From: Entomortierella parvispora E1425
Taxonomy: Eukaryota > Fungi > Mortierellomycota
DNA length: 64,000 bases
NCBI GenBank assembly: GCA_020891255.1
Contig: BQFW01000001.1
Location: forward strand, 1,550,001 to 1,614,000
Direction of reading: 5' to 3'
Part shown: piece after piece, positions 25,307 through 37,034 of the stretch
How positions within the stretch are numbered: the stretch's first letter is position 1
Layout: the number at the start of each line of letters is the position of its first letter
The notes under the pieces: generated by a model
What the model was told of the DNA's origin: nothing
The model's input: the letters and a program-made list of their open reading frames with translations, nothing else
Database searches by the model: none
Position numbers and translations under genes: made by a program

Positions 25307-28046
25307 TTAGAGACTTGCACGGCCAGCATGAATGATCGCGAGCTCCTTGGGTCCAAATGGCTTGTAGCAACCCTGGGGTGTCCACCAATACAGGCGCTCG
25401 TGCACTTTTTCGAGGTCGAATGCCTCCTTCTTCAGCTCGACTTTCTTGTTCTTGAACGTGCCCGTGATCTCGAGTTCTTGCTCGCAGATCCTCACAAATC
25501 GAGGAATCGCATAGGAAGGGAGACGTTTGCTGGCCAACTGACCGAGTCGAACCATAAATTGCTCCAGCGCCTTCTCGTTGATCTTTGCCGAAGGAGCAGA
25601 GCATGCTACAGCTTCGGTGGTTGAAATGTCACCCTGTGTTTCTTCTTTGTTGTTCACGTCCTTTGGGTCAGTCTCCCAATAGGCGTCTTTCAAGACCACA
25701 GCAACCATACCCGCACGACCATCTTGACGAGGTACGGTGACACCGTAAACGGTACAAGACGCAATTCCATCAAGGTGGCCCAATGTATCTGCAACCTCGG
25801 CAGTGGAAACATTCTCACCTTTCCACCTAAAAGTGTCTCCAGCACGGTCGGCAAAGTACCAAAAGTGATCCTTGGTTCGATAAAGGAGATCTCCAGTCCT
25901 CATGTATTGATCTCCCTTGACGAACGCATCCTGGATCAGTTTGGCATTGGAGAGCTTTGGCTGGTTATAGTATCCGATAAATCGAGATTGACTCGTCTTG
26001 TTATCCGCCAGAGTAACCAGTTCTCCTGTTTCACCGACATCACACTAAAATGGTCAGTGAAATAGGCGTGTTAAAACACTGGTGAGGAGACAAACATAAT
26101 TTTTCATTTCCAAGAACGTACCTCGATGCAGAAACCTTTCTTGTCTCTGAGTAGCTCTTCAGTGTCAAGATCGACACGCACAATCTTCATCCCAGCTTGG
26201 AATAATCTATTTGCGATAGTTGTAAAGGGATGTAGGCGTTAAATCTCCCAGTTGAGGACAATGTATGATTATTGAAGAGGATCGACTTCCAATCTACATA
26301 CCTGACAAGGGGACCTCGGAATCTGTTTGCGCAATTGGTGTCAAATGGGGGACAATCAGCCCAGGGATGGCATTCTAAACCTGTTGTCTGCATAGATCTG
26401 TTCAACTTCCCAACAGCTCCAGCACCATCCTCACCGCTTGTTAAATTGAACAAGGCACTTGTAGCTTGAAGTCATTATGGAAGATAACGATTAGATCTTT
26501 TCTTTTTCAAAAAAAATAAAGAAAATGTTGGATATGGACACCTTCGAATTCTGTCCCTCACCTTCGCTCATCGTGTAGGCCTCAAAGACAGTCTCCACTC
26601 CGAATCGTTCTTGAAACCTCCTCCAGATATCGGGTCTTAGCCCATTTCCAAACATTAAACGCACTTTGTTGTCCTTGTCCAGCGGATCCTCTGGTGCATT
26701 GACTAGGTACCGGCAAAGCTCGCCAATGTACTGGAATAAGGTCACATCATTCTCACGAACTAGCATAATGATAATTATGAACGAATATGAGTGCGAGTCA
26801 AATAGTCAGATATATCAAGATATTGCAAACAGGTCTACATTACCATCCTTCCAGAATGTGGAGGTAGAAAACTTCCTGGCGAGAACAACTGTGCACCCTG
26901 AGATCCAACTCTGGCCAATACCGACAATTGCTATTAGATATCAAAAGGAGCGCCACATTGTAAGATTTCTCGTAACCAACATTCACCTATCATCCAACGC
27001 GTAAGCAAATTACCTCCAGCGGAATGATAGAGAGGTAAGCAGTCGTACGAGCGATCCTTCTCTGTGATTTTACAGATACCAGACCACACGCTTATAGCCA
27101 CTAATAAAATACCAGCATGGAGAGAATAATTTCGTTAATTTAACAGATTACGCAAAGTCTGCCTTGTCGCTTCGAGGCGCCTACTGCCGCAGGCGACTTA
27201 CAGCTGCATCGCCCATGATCCATGACTGCAGCCTTCGGGAATCCAGTGGTACCACTTGTATAGATCAACGCCACTGCATCTCCAATGACCACGTCTTTTC
27301 TCGACTCTCTTGGGAACCCCTCGGCAGAGCATTGTTTCCAATCCATGAATCCGAACCATCTCTTCTCTGGATCCTTCCCATGCTCGTCAAATCGCGACAA
27401 CACCTGCTCTTGAGGCGTGACTGTGAACAACCGGTAGCCAAGCTCTCCACGGATCTGATCAATAGACTCTTCCAGAGACACGCTCAATTCATAATCAAAG
27501 ACAAGCAGCTTTGAATTTGCCGTCTTTAGAGAGTGCAGTAGGACAGGTCCAACGATCTGGTTGTTGATAAAAGCCGCGACAGCTTTGATTTTGAGCAGTG
27601 CCAACCACGAGATGACAAAAAGTGGGGAGTTGGTCATGAACATGGCGACGCGGTCTTTAGGCTCAATTCCTTCAGAGATATACCAATGAGACATCCTGTT
27701 GGAGGCGATCTCAAGGTCTCTCCAGCTGTAAGAATGACCCTCATAGACGAGTGCAATCGCGTAGGGTCGGATCCGGCATTGGTCCTCGAATCGATTGTAG
27801 AGACTGATATCGTTGTTGGGGACAAGTTGACGTTCGAACCTTAAAAGAGAAAAGCATGCATAGGATGTCAGAAATGAAGGAAAGGCCTTCTGCAGGATGA
27901 CTAGACTGTCGACTCACTGAGATCCCTTACCACCACTTGGTTTTGAGGCCTGGAATACCAAAGGCCAAATCGCGCGATAAACGGGTTCGGCCGTCGAGAT
28001 ATAGGCCGGCAGAGAGGAGGGCGAGGGCGGTGGTAATCGAGACCAT
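25307..28046 (-). CDS. FAT1: Fatty acid transport protein / very-long-chain acyl-CoA synthetase (FATP/FAT1 family)
   Basis: AMP-binding IYTSGTTGFPKAA; FQYIGELCRYL; FATP signature RTGDLL..YFADRAGDTFRWKGENVSTAEV; ITGTFKNKK. Multi-exon. Confidence 0.92.
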
Positions 28047-29074
28047 GGCTATCGAGGACCTACAGTGAGTTTAGTGAAGATGGCGGATTTCACTTCTGTT
28101 GTTGTCTTGCGTTTGTTCTTGAAGTGTGCAAAGGATGTGGAGAGGATCAGAGTAAGAAGGAGGGGGGAAAGCGAGAGACAAAGATCGAGCTCTTGTCCAA
28201 AGAGACACTTTTCTACGCACAGTCCTCGGTTGGGGAACCGCTGTTTGTGTGTTCTGAAAGGATATGAAGGGACTATCGGCCGGAGACTATTTGTTGTATT
28301 TGCCAAGGTGGGGCTGACCGATGAGTATCAGAACGGCCGGGTCCGGGTGGATGATGAACATGGCATTTCAGCATGATTCCATTGCAATGGGGTGTACATC
28401 AGAGCCGACGAATGAAGGGATGCGCATGTATGCATGCATGACTCGGGAGCGAGCATCAAGCGGACGGTCCAGTTCGCTCTTCCCTACGTCGACCTCGACT
28501 TCTCCACAGTCTGTGCAGTCAGGTAGGGTAAGTAAGACAAGGTAAAGTAAATGGCGCCCCAGCCGAAAATAAAAGTGAAAGAGAAGAAAGAGAGCAAACA
28601 CAACAAACACAACCACGGCTCCGAACATACATCCACGCGTGCGCGTCTCGACGCGACAAGGGAGGGCTGCGTTCGCGCACAGCGTCCGTCCGTCCCTGGG
28701 ACGTTGCCCTTGCACGCCAGCCCGGTCCAGTCCAGTCCAGTCATCAAGGGTTTGTTTGTTCTATTCTCATCGGGGGCAACTTGCAAAGAGAAGGCAACGT
28801 GAGAGGGCGTGCCTGTGTGTCCGTGTGGTTGCTCCTGCTGACCTTGCAGTGCTGATGCAAATGACGAGGTCACTCAAAAAAAGGGGGAGGGGTCTCTCTT
28901 TTCATTGTTTCCCTTTGTCCCTCTCTTATTTCTCTTTTCGCTTTGCATGCAACTGCATTCGCATGCACATTCATCTCTTTCTCTTTCCTTTTCTTCCTCA
29001 CTCATTCATTCCTCCCTCATTGCATCCTTATTCGAAAACAACTTGAAACCTGCACAGCACTGGACACGAGAACC

Positions 29075-32000
29075 ATGCGCATACAGTGGGAGGACCTAAC
29101 AACATTCGATACCATCGGGTCTGGCTCCTTTGGAAGGGTCTTCCACGGCGATCTTCTCGGCACCGAGGTCGCGATCAAGGAGTGCGTCCGGTCCGAATCA
29201 AAAGCCTTTGACGATAAATACTTCAAGCGGGAAGTCAACATTCTCCGTCAATCGCGACATCCAAATATTGTCCAGGTACAAGGATTGATTCTCTTTTTTT
29301 TTTTTTTTTTTTTTTTTGGATCTGCAAGACACTCCCATTCGCACTCTCGACTGTCTCTTTTTGATGTTGACCAAACCTAACCTTTTCATGTAGTTCATGG
29401 GAGTCTGCAAACGAAAGAAACGATTTTACATTATCACAGAGTTCTTGCCGCTGGGCAACCTTCGCCGAGTAAGTGGCTCTATATACTCCAACGATAGCGT
29501 TGAGTATTAGTAAAAAGACAGTGACCAGATCGTGCATTAACTGTTTTTGAGTGTGTTGTAGTGGATCCAAGACGAAACAAAAGAATTTGGCTGGGATACA
29601 CGCATCAGTTTTGCCATCGACATCTCCCTGGCCCTGGCATATCTGCACCACAAAAATATTATCCACAGGTAAAACAGGATCGAACAACGGCTCATGCAGG
29701 GGATAGGGGGCAGTTGATTGGCCTCCTTTTTTTATTATCACCCGGCGCTATTTGCTGACTCGCACATGTACACTCTCTTTGGCACGGGTCGTAGAGACTT
29801 GAAAGGCGAGAATCTGCTCATATCCGACAATATGCGAATCAAGGTAGAACAAGGATATCGTGCCTTCCCAGCAAGGAGCATATAGGAAATAAGCAGAGGG
29901 GTTTCAGCTAATCCGCTAGCGTGTCATGGTGCAATTAGGTCTGCGACTTTGGATTCAGTCGAGTGGAGGCCAGGAATGATAGCGAGATGCGACGCATCAG
30001 CTACTGCGGGACTGACGGCTATATGGTACTATAAATATATCCGAACCTGCCAGTTTGTCAAAGGAAGGGACGGTATGCTCAGCCGAAGCTAACTCGCTCT
30101 TTCGAAACATAGGCACCAGAGATTCTACTAGGCGAGGATTTTGACTGCAGTGTCGACGTGTTTTCATTTGGGATCGTCCTTTCAGAAATGATGGCTCGTC
30201 ATGTCGTAGATGCTCAGCATTTCCAACGGTATCCACCAGATATGACCGTCTCCCCAGACGAGATTCTTTACCGATCCCAGCCTGGATGCCCCTTGGAGCT
30301 GAGTGAGCTGGCGATTAATTGCGTTCAGGGCCTTCCCGAGGATCGTCCTAAACTTCGCCAGATCGTTGAACGCTTGACAGCAATTGAGAATATAGACGTT
30401 CATGTTGGAACCACGCTGGTCGTCGCTCCATCCGTTGCTAGGGCAGCCCGAAACATGATGCGCAAGAAAGAGGCAGCAGCGAAGAACCACCTGCAAGACA
30501 CTCAAGGACGAAATGATGTGTATCCATCTGATCTTCAGCCTCAACAACAACTATCAGTGCAAGGATACAACAACAACTCTAGCATCCAGGGCGTGGCCAA
30601 TACTTGGAGAATGACTGACGAGGAAAATGCTTATTCAACCTCTCGAAGAACAGAGTCGCGCCTCGTTGGTTCTCAGAGTACTTTTAAGGTCAAGCGACAA
30701 TGGAAAGATAGGGGTAGCTCTACTGCCCCGTTGGTCGCGGGAAACCAACAAACACAAGAGATTAATGGAGAAACTCCTGAAGTGGCTCTTCTTAGGCGAG
30801 ACGCATCGGATACATCTCTAGAATCAGAGGATGGATTGACTTTTAGGATGCCGTTGTGGGACAGTATCAACTCGCCCGAGAACCAGGATCGACTCCGACG
30901 GTGGCAGGAATCTGAATCGGTTCATGTCTCAACCATTGATGGCCCAGGAACAGCTATGCAATCTTGGGATCGGGACTCTTTACCCATCAGAAAGCTCCGA
31001 TCCACTGAGCGGAATGTGGAAGAAAGTGGTGTTCGCCCTCGCCGCTCACATATTCGAGACGGTTATAGAGGCGAGGATGACTTTGAGGATGGAAGCGAGT
31101 CAGACGACGACATTCTCTCAGATGAATACGACGATGATGGCGTGGACTCTTTACTTTACGACGATGACGACGATGGGGATGTCGGTCGTATGGAAGGCAC
31201 AACAGGAACCTATGAACTGAGTAGCGACAGCGATGGTTCCATATCCGTAGAGTCGTTGACGGACTCTGTTGTGATGGCACTGGATATGCTTGAGATTCCG
31301 GATTTACTCATGGCTTCATTGCCTCAACCTCATTCTCAACCTCAGAAGGTTTCCGCCAGTGACGACGCAGAGGTTGGTATGCGGGAGTTTTTAAGGAATA
31401 CCACGCTGGCACCTGAACCAGCTGAGTCAGAAGCCCCTCCATCAACCTTGAATCGGCAGCCCAGTTTGACCTCTCGGATTTTGCCACCCATTCCAGCGTC
31501 GCAAAATCCTTGGGGATCTACGGAAAACAGTGACAAAGGAGGCCTTGGTGGACTAGAAAGTGCTATTCACGAGAGTGATCCTTTGGGAGACAACATCGAG
31601 GACGCAGCTGCAGTGCCCCCAACACCGCCTGCCAAGACGAGTAGCTTGCTCGTAAGAGTCAACACTTGGCGATCTAATCGTGAGAACAGAGATGAATTAC
31701 AAGAGATCACAGGCGCATTGAAGGAGGGAGAGGATCGCGAGCGACAGAGTCGTCGCCAGCTATCACCGCCTGCTACAGGTTCTCAATTCTCACCTTCGCC
31801 GTCATCGTTATCTCCGGCATCCTCCAGTACATCATCGTCTAGCAGAGAACTCAAATCGACGGCAGCGACATCTCAATCAACAAGTCCTCGCAATGGCACT
31901 GGAGCTAGCCATGGAGGTGGACGGGGTTTAGGTTTGGTTAGGGGCATGTCCGACAGCTTCTGGAGTTTGAGGTCCACGTCGCCGCCTCCTTCGACAACTG

Positions 32001-32831
32001 AGCTTGAAGCAGCAGGTGTCGTCATTGGATCTTCACCCTTGGCACTCTCGACTTCTCCACATGGATCTGTTCGTGGTGGCGGGCTATTTGAGCGGGGTGG
32101 GGCCGTGATCACAGATACAATAGCTGCAGCTGCAACAACCATGACCATCAGTGCAAAGACTTGGAACAATAGTACCAACGGCTTTGCTCAGTGGATCGGA
32201 CAATACGCGAACATGCCACTGGACGAGTCCTTGGAGCCAAAGGATGAGCCCACCGCCACCGCAGTTGCGGTAGATCGTGAATCTATATCGCCACTGGCTG
32301 CTCAACGTGTCAAAACATCATTGCTAAAGAGACACTTATCCCTCAAGGAGGGCAAGCAGAGGCCAGAGCAACGTCAAGGGCCAAGCGACCAAGGATCGAT
32401 GCCTCAGGATGAATCGCAACATCCACAACCGCTGATCCGGAGGCGAAACACCACATCTACTTCCAAAAAGACAGGATCAACAGCGACATCGACGGGATTC
32501 CCACACCGGTTTTCTTTGGTTATGTTCTCGACTCAGTTGCTGCCCAAATGCGATGTGTGTGAGAAGAGAATTGGAGTATTACCAGGATGGTCCTCCAAAC
32601 ATTTAGAGTGCGACGGTAATGCCTTTGCTCTATGGAAACGGCGAGATGGATCTTAAGTGTGCATAGCGCGGCATGGTCTCTTTTTCTCTAGAAAATCAAT
32701 ACTAACACGTTGCCCTTCATCTTTTCCGGTGCTTAGATTGCGGCTATCGAACACACCCAAAGTGTGTTGCCAATGTAGCGAAATGCTGCACCTCTGCTAG
32801 AAAATCAGGGCTTTGGGAAATACCAGTTTAA
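29075..32831 (+). CDS. TKL-group (LISK/TESK-like) protein kinase with a long disordered middle and a C-terminal C1-like zinc finger
   Basis: GSGSFG, VAIK, HPNIVQ, HRDLKGENLL, DFGFSR..YCGTDGYMAPE, DVFSFGIVL. The C-terminal HRF..CDVCEK..C-DDCGYRTHPKC motif is completed by the intron at 32616-32736. Confidence 0.88.
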
Positions 32832-33574
32832 AAGGCGATGACTCATCTGTTTGTGTTACTGCGACATTCAAAATAAACGTCTGTTGACAAATCGCCAGAA
32901 TCAACCTGTCAGGAAATCAAGTCAACGCATCTCTTCAACTGCATCCCTGGCAGGATATGCTTTTCTCGTCCAAACTATCCACCAAACGCTTCAAGTGTAT
33001 TCAGTCTGAGGCACACGTGCGTTCATTTTGTGGTTATTTCTACTGGGGGAAAAAAGGGGGAGCAGGGACTAGAAGGAAGTCAGCAATTACAAACCATCTG
33101 TGCATGAGCATAGCACCAATCGACCTCTCCTGGAATTTTCCATGGAAAGGGGTAAACGAAGGATCATTGCGGCCAGCCCACATCGAGGTCTGTTTGTTTT
33201 CATTGGTGCTCCGTGCGTTCAGAGTGGAGATTGTATCAGAGCGGACCAAACTATGTCAGCAAGATGCTCCAATGGATACTGTGCGCCCACGTCCCTGATG
33301 CCATCGTCTACACGGGACAGAATTGCCTTGTTTTTTGTTTCCTGTTCCTGTTGTTCTTTCTTGTCAAAGATTTTTTTTTTTGTTTTTTTTTTGTTTTTTT
33401 TTGTTTGATCATCATTTATTTGAAAAGAGGCTGCGATATCACTGGGATCTCTGTGTTGTCTTGCGGACGGCGGCATTCCTGAGGACCTATCCCTAGCACA
33501 CTCTTGAGAAGGAGAGAGAAGAGAAGAAGGACAAACTTACCATTGTCATTTCATCTTGGATCCTTGAGACTTGA

Positions 33575-33950
33575 GACTTGCGACTCTGGAAGAGAAGTTA
33601 GCACATCATCAAGGGCGAATATTATTAAAAAGTCCTAGATCCTGAGTCTTGAGTCTTGAGTCTTGAGTCTTGAGACCCTGGAAGAGAAGTTAGCACATCA
33701 TCAAGGGCGAATATTATTAAAAAGTCCTAGATCCTGAGTCTTGAGTCTTGAGTCTTGAGTCTTGAGTCTTGAGACCCTGGAAGAGGAGTTAGCACATCAT
33801 CAAGGGCGAATATTATTAAAAATCCTAAATCCTGAGTCTTGAGACCCTGGAAGAGAAGTTAGCACATCATTAAAGGCGAATATTATTAAAAGAAAAGTCC
33901 TGAGTCCTGAGTCTTGAGGCTTGCAGACCCTATCAAACGGGGTTAGCAAA
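33575..33950 (-). repeat. Tandem array (left arm) of 70-99-bp units with internal (TCTTGAG)n
   Basis: ctggaagagaagttagcacatcatcaagggcgaatattattaaaa occurs x4, with variable 7-mer copy number. Confidence 0.95.
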
Positions 33951-35844
33951 AGGCGGCTAAGCAAGCAGAGGACCGTGGACAGGAGGGAGGTAGGATGGTC
34001 AGTGCCAGCTTCTTGATCGGAGAGACTGAGGACAAAAGACAGGGAAGAAGAGAGGGTGAGAAGGCAAGAGTGTGAGAGGGGCAAGAAAATGAAGAGAAGG
34101 GGGATGGTAAGTCAGGGTCAGCGAAAGCAGGCGTTCAGCAGCAGCGAGGTAAGCAAACGTGTGATGGTGTTGCGAAAGAGAGAGGCACAGGACGCCAGAT
34201 GGGTGGATGGAAGGAGGCTGCTGGTGATGATGGTTTTAGGAGGAGTATGGTGGTGGTGATGGTTGTCGGGGAAGATGGTGGGGGAGGAGGGGAGTGGAAG
34301 GGTTGGAGAGGAAGGATGGGAGAGAGAGAGAGAGAAAGAGAGTGTGCTTTTGACCATGCAATGTCGGGGGAAGGTGGCAATAACGCATGGGCTGCTCGCT
34401 TGACGGATGACGATATTTCTTTTTTGTCAACACGGACTGAATGGGGACAGAGTAGGGGAGTTTTCTGCTGCGCCTTTGTCTTTGCACAGGGAAAGTGCAG
34501 AGTGAGGGAGGAGGGAAGAGAGAGGAGGGAGGAGGGTCGGAGGGGAATGACATGTGGAAAGCAAAAAAAAAAAAAAGGTGCCGACAAGTGAATGAAGTGA
34601 ATGAATGAATGGAGGCAAGCGGGAATTGAAAAGCACTCAGAGAACAGAGGGAGGAAGAGGTCAAGGCGACGTTGATGTAGCTGTCACCGCAAGGAAGGGA
34701 AAGACGGCCGGTCCAGGAGGGAAACGCTGCCAGTTTCTCTCTCTTTCCTCCTCTCGATCGCCTTTCCCTGTCTGATAGTCGTCAAGGATAGAGGATAGCT
34801 GCACGAACTATTGCCGGCATCATCAAGGTCATCCACATTGCCACAAAGAAAAAAGAAAGATGGGCAGGCTGACAGGATCATATCACAAGAGCCATCTTGA
34901 CCTTCTTTCCCTTTCACCTCCTCCCTCTCCTTCTCTTTCTCTGGGTTGTATCTATCCGTCCACACGTTCCCTGGCAACCACAGCGACGAGAATCTTAAAG
35001 AGCAGGATAGTGGTGGCGAGAGTTGCCTCGCCATCACCATGGCTATCAGGGCAAGAAGAGAGGTGAGCAGAGAGAAGACAAATGGATGAAAAAAGCCTAA
35101 AATGAGAGAGGGCTTGTCGGAGTATACACGCTGTGCAAGGACCTTTTTTTCCCTTTCCTTCCATTGTCTGTCGTCCTCCTGCCTTTCCCGGTTTGGCCAT
35201 CCCTCGGACACCTTTTTTTTTTTTTTGCTTTCCACATGTCATTCCCCTCCGACCCTCCTCCCTCCTCTCTCTTCCCTCCTCCCTCACTCTGCACTTTCCC
35301 TGTGCAAAGACAAAGGCGCAGCAGAAAACTCCCCTACTCTGTCCCCATTCAGTCCGTGTTGACAAAAAAGAAATATCGTCATCCGTCAAGCGAGCAGCCC
35401 ATGCGTTATTGCCACCTTCCCCCGACATTGCATGGTCAAAAGCACACTCTCTTTCTCTCTCTCTCTCTCCCATCCTTCCTCTCCAACCCTTCCACTCCCC
35501 TCCTCCCCCACCATCTTCCCCGACAACCATCACCACCACCATACTCCTCCTAAAACCATCATCACCAGCAGCCTCCTTCCATCCACCCATCTGGCGTCCT
35601 GTGCCTCTCTCTTTCGCAACACCATCACACGTTTGCTTACCTCGCTGCTGCTGAACGCCTGCTTTCGCTGACCCTGACTTACCATCCCCCTTCTCTTCAT
35701 TTTCTTGCCCCCTCTCACACTCTTGCCTTCTCACCCTCTCTTCTTCCCTGTCTTTTGTCCTCAGTCTCTCCGATCAAGAAGCTGGCACTGACCATCCTAC
35801 CTCCCTCCTGTCCACGGTCCTCTGCTTGCTTAGCCGCCTTTTGC

Positions 35845-36310
35845 TAACCCCGTTTGATAGGGTCTGCAAGCCTCAAGACTCAGGACTCAGGACTTTTCTT
35901 TTAATAATATTCGCCTTTAATGATGTGCTAACTTCTCTTCCAGGGTCTCAAGACTCAGGATTTAGGATTTTTAATAATATTCGCCCTTGATGATGTGCTA
36001 ACTCCTCTTCCAGGGTCTCAAGACTCAAGACTCAAGACTCAAGACTCAAGACTCAGGATCTAGGACTTTTTAATAATATTCGCCCTTGATGATGTGCTAA
36101 CTTCTCTTCCAGGGTCTCAAGACTCAAGACTCAAGACTCAAGACTCAGGATCTAGGACGTTTTAATAATATTCGCCCTTGATGATGTGCTAACTTCTCTT
36201 CCAGGGTCTCAAGACTCAAGACTCAAGACTCAAGACTCAGGATCTAGGACTTTTTAATAATATTCGCCCTTGATGATGTGCTAACTTCTCTTCCAGAGTC
36301 GCAAGTCTCA
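35845..36310 (+). repeat. Tandem array (right arm), five units each ending GTGCTAACTTCTCTTCCAG (one CTCCTC variant)
   Basis: Unit ends at 35943, 36013, 36112, 36204 and 36296, plus a related GCTAAC..GATAG at 35860. Confidence 0.95.
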
Positions 36311-37034
36311 AGTCTCAAGGATCCAAGATGAAATGACAATGGTAAGTTTGTCCTTCTTCTCTTCTCTCTCCTTCTCAAGAGTGTGCTAGGGATAGGTCCT
36401 CAGGAATGCCGCCGTCCGCAAGACAACACAGAGATCCCAGTGATATCGCAGCCTCTTTTCAAATAAATGATGATCAAACAAAAAAAAAACAAAAAAAAAA
36501 CAAAAAAAAAACAAAAAAAAAAATCTTTGACAAGAAAGAACAACAGGAACAGGAAACAAAAAACAAGGCAATTCTGTCCCGTGTAGACGATGGCATCAGG
36601 GACGTGGGCGCACAGTATCCATTGGAGCATTTTGTTGACACAGTTTGGTCCGCGCCATTCATCAGGATACATCAAGGACAAAAGGATACAAAAGCGTACA
36701 ACGCGGGCTCAGTCGCCCAGTTCTTTGTGTTACAATCAAGTGGAGAGGTGGAGATAAACGCGGGCTGTCGTGCACGGTTTGCCTCATCTGCTCCCATCAA
36801 CTGCGCTCGTTCTGTATGACATGGATACAACGCCCAGCGTCACAGGGAGCTTGATGGATCTCTGGGAGAAAAAAAGTGCAGCTCGTAGCCGGAGTTGATC
36901 AAGAAGCGAATGAAAAGAGCATTGATCTATGAGCATGTTATTGTTTTATTTGAATAGACCTTATGGGTAGACAGACAAACAGGAAGGTTGTGTAATCAGA
37001 GGATATGAGTGGGGAAGAAAGGAATGGGAAGTCT

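Larger units (their letters stand above)
33241..36653. repeat. Long inverted repeat: arms 33241-34580 and 35209-36653, unique 628-bp spacer (foldback-like)
   Basis: The arms are near-perfect reverse complements. They differ by one 92-bp tandem unit, the length of an A/T tract and a few substitutions at the outer ends. Confidence 0.95.

Noticed and set aside
33200-33300. Cys-patterned peptide CVQSGDC..CSNGYC at the outer IR edge
   Set aside because: No signal peptide or exon structure found, and the mirrored copy has an upstream stop. At most a gene relic.
33219-33476. Lys-rich ORFs MPPSARQHRD.. in both IR arms (also 36406-36819)
   Set aside because: They run through A-tracts, their C-termini differ, and I see no homology. 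Frame conservation between arms could be chance.
33575-36310. Tandem arrays in the inverted repeat as a CRISPR array
   Set aside because: The units are near-identical with only 7-mer copy-number variation; there are no unique spacers and no cas genes, and the context is eukaryotic.
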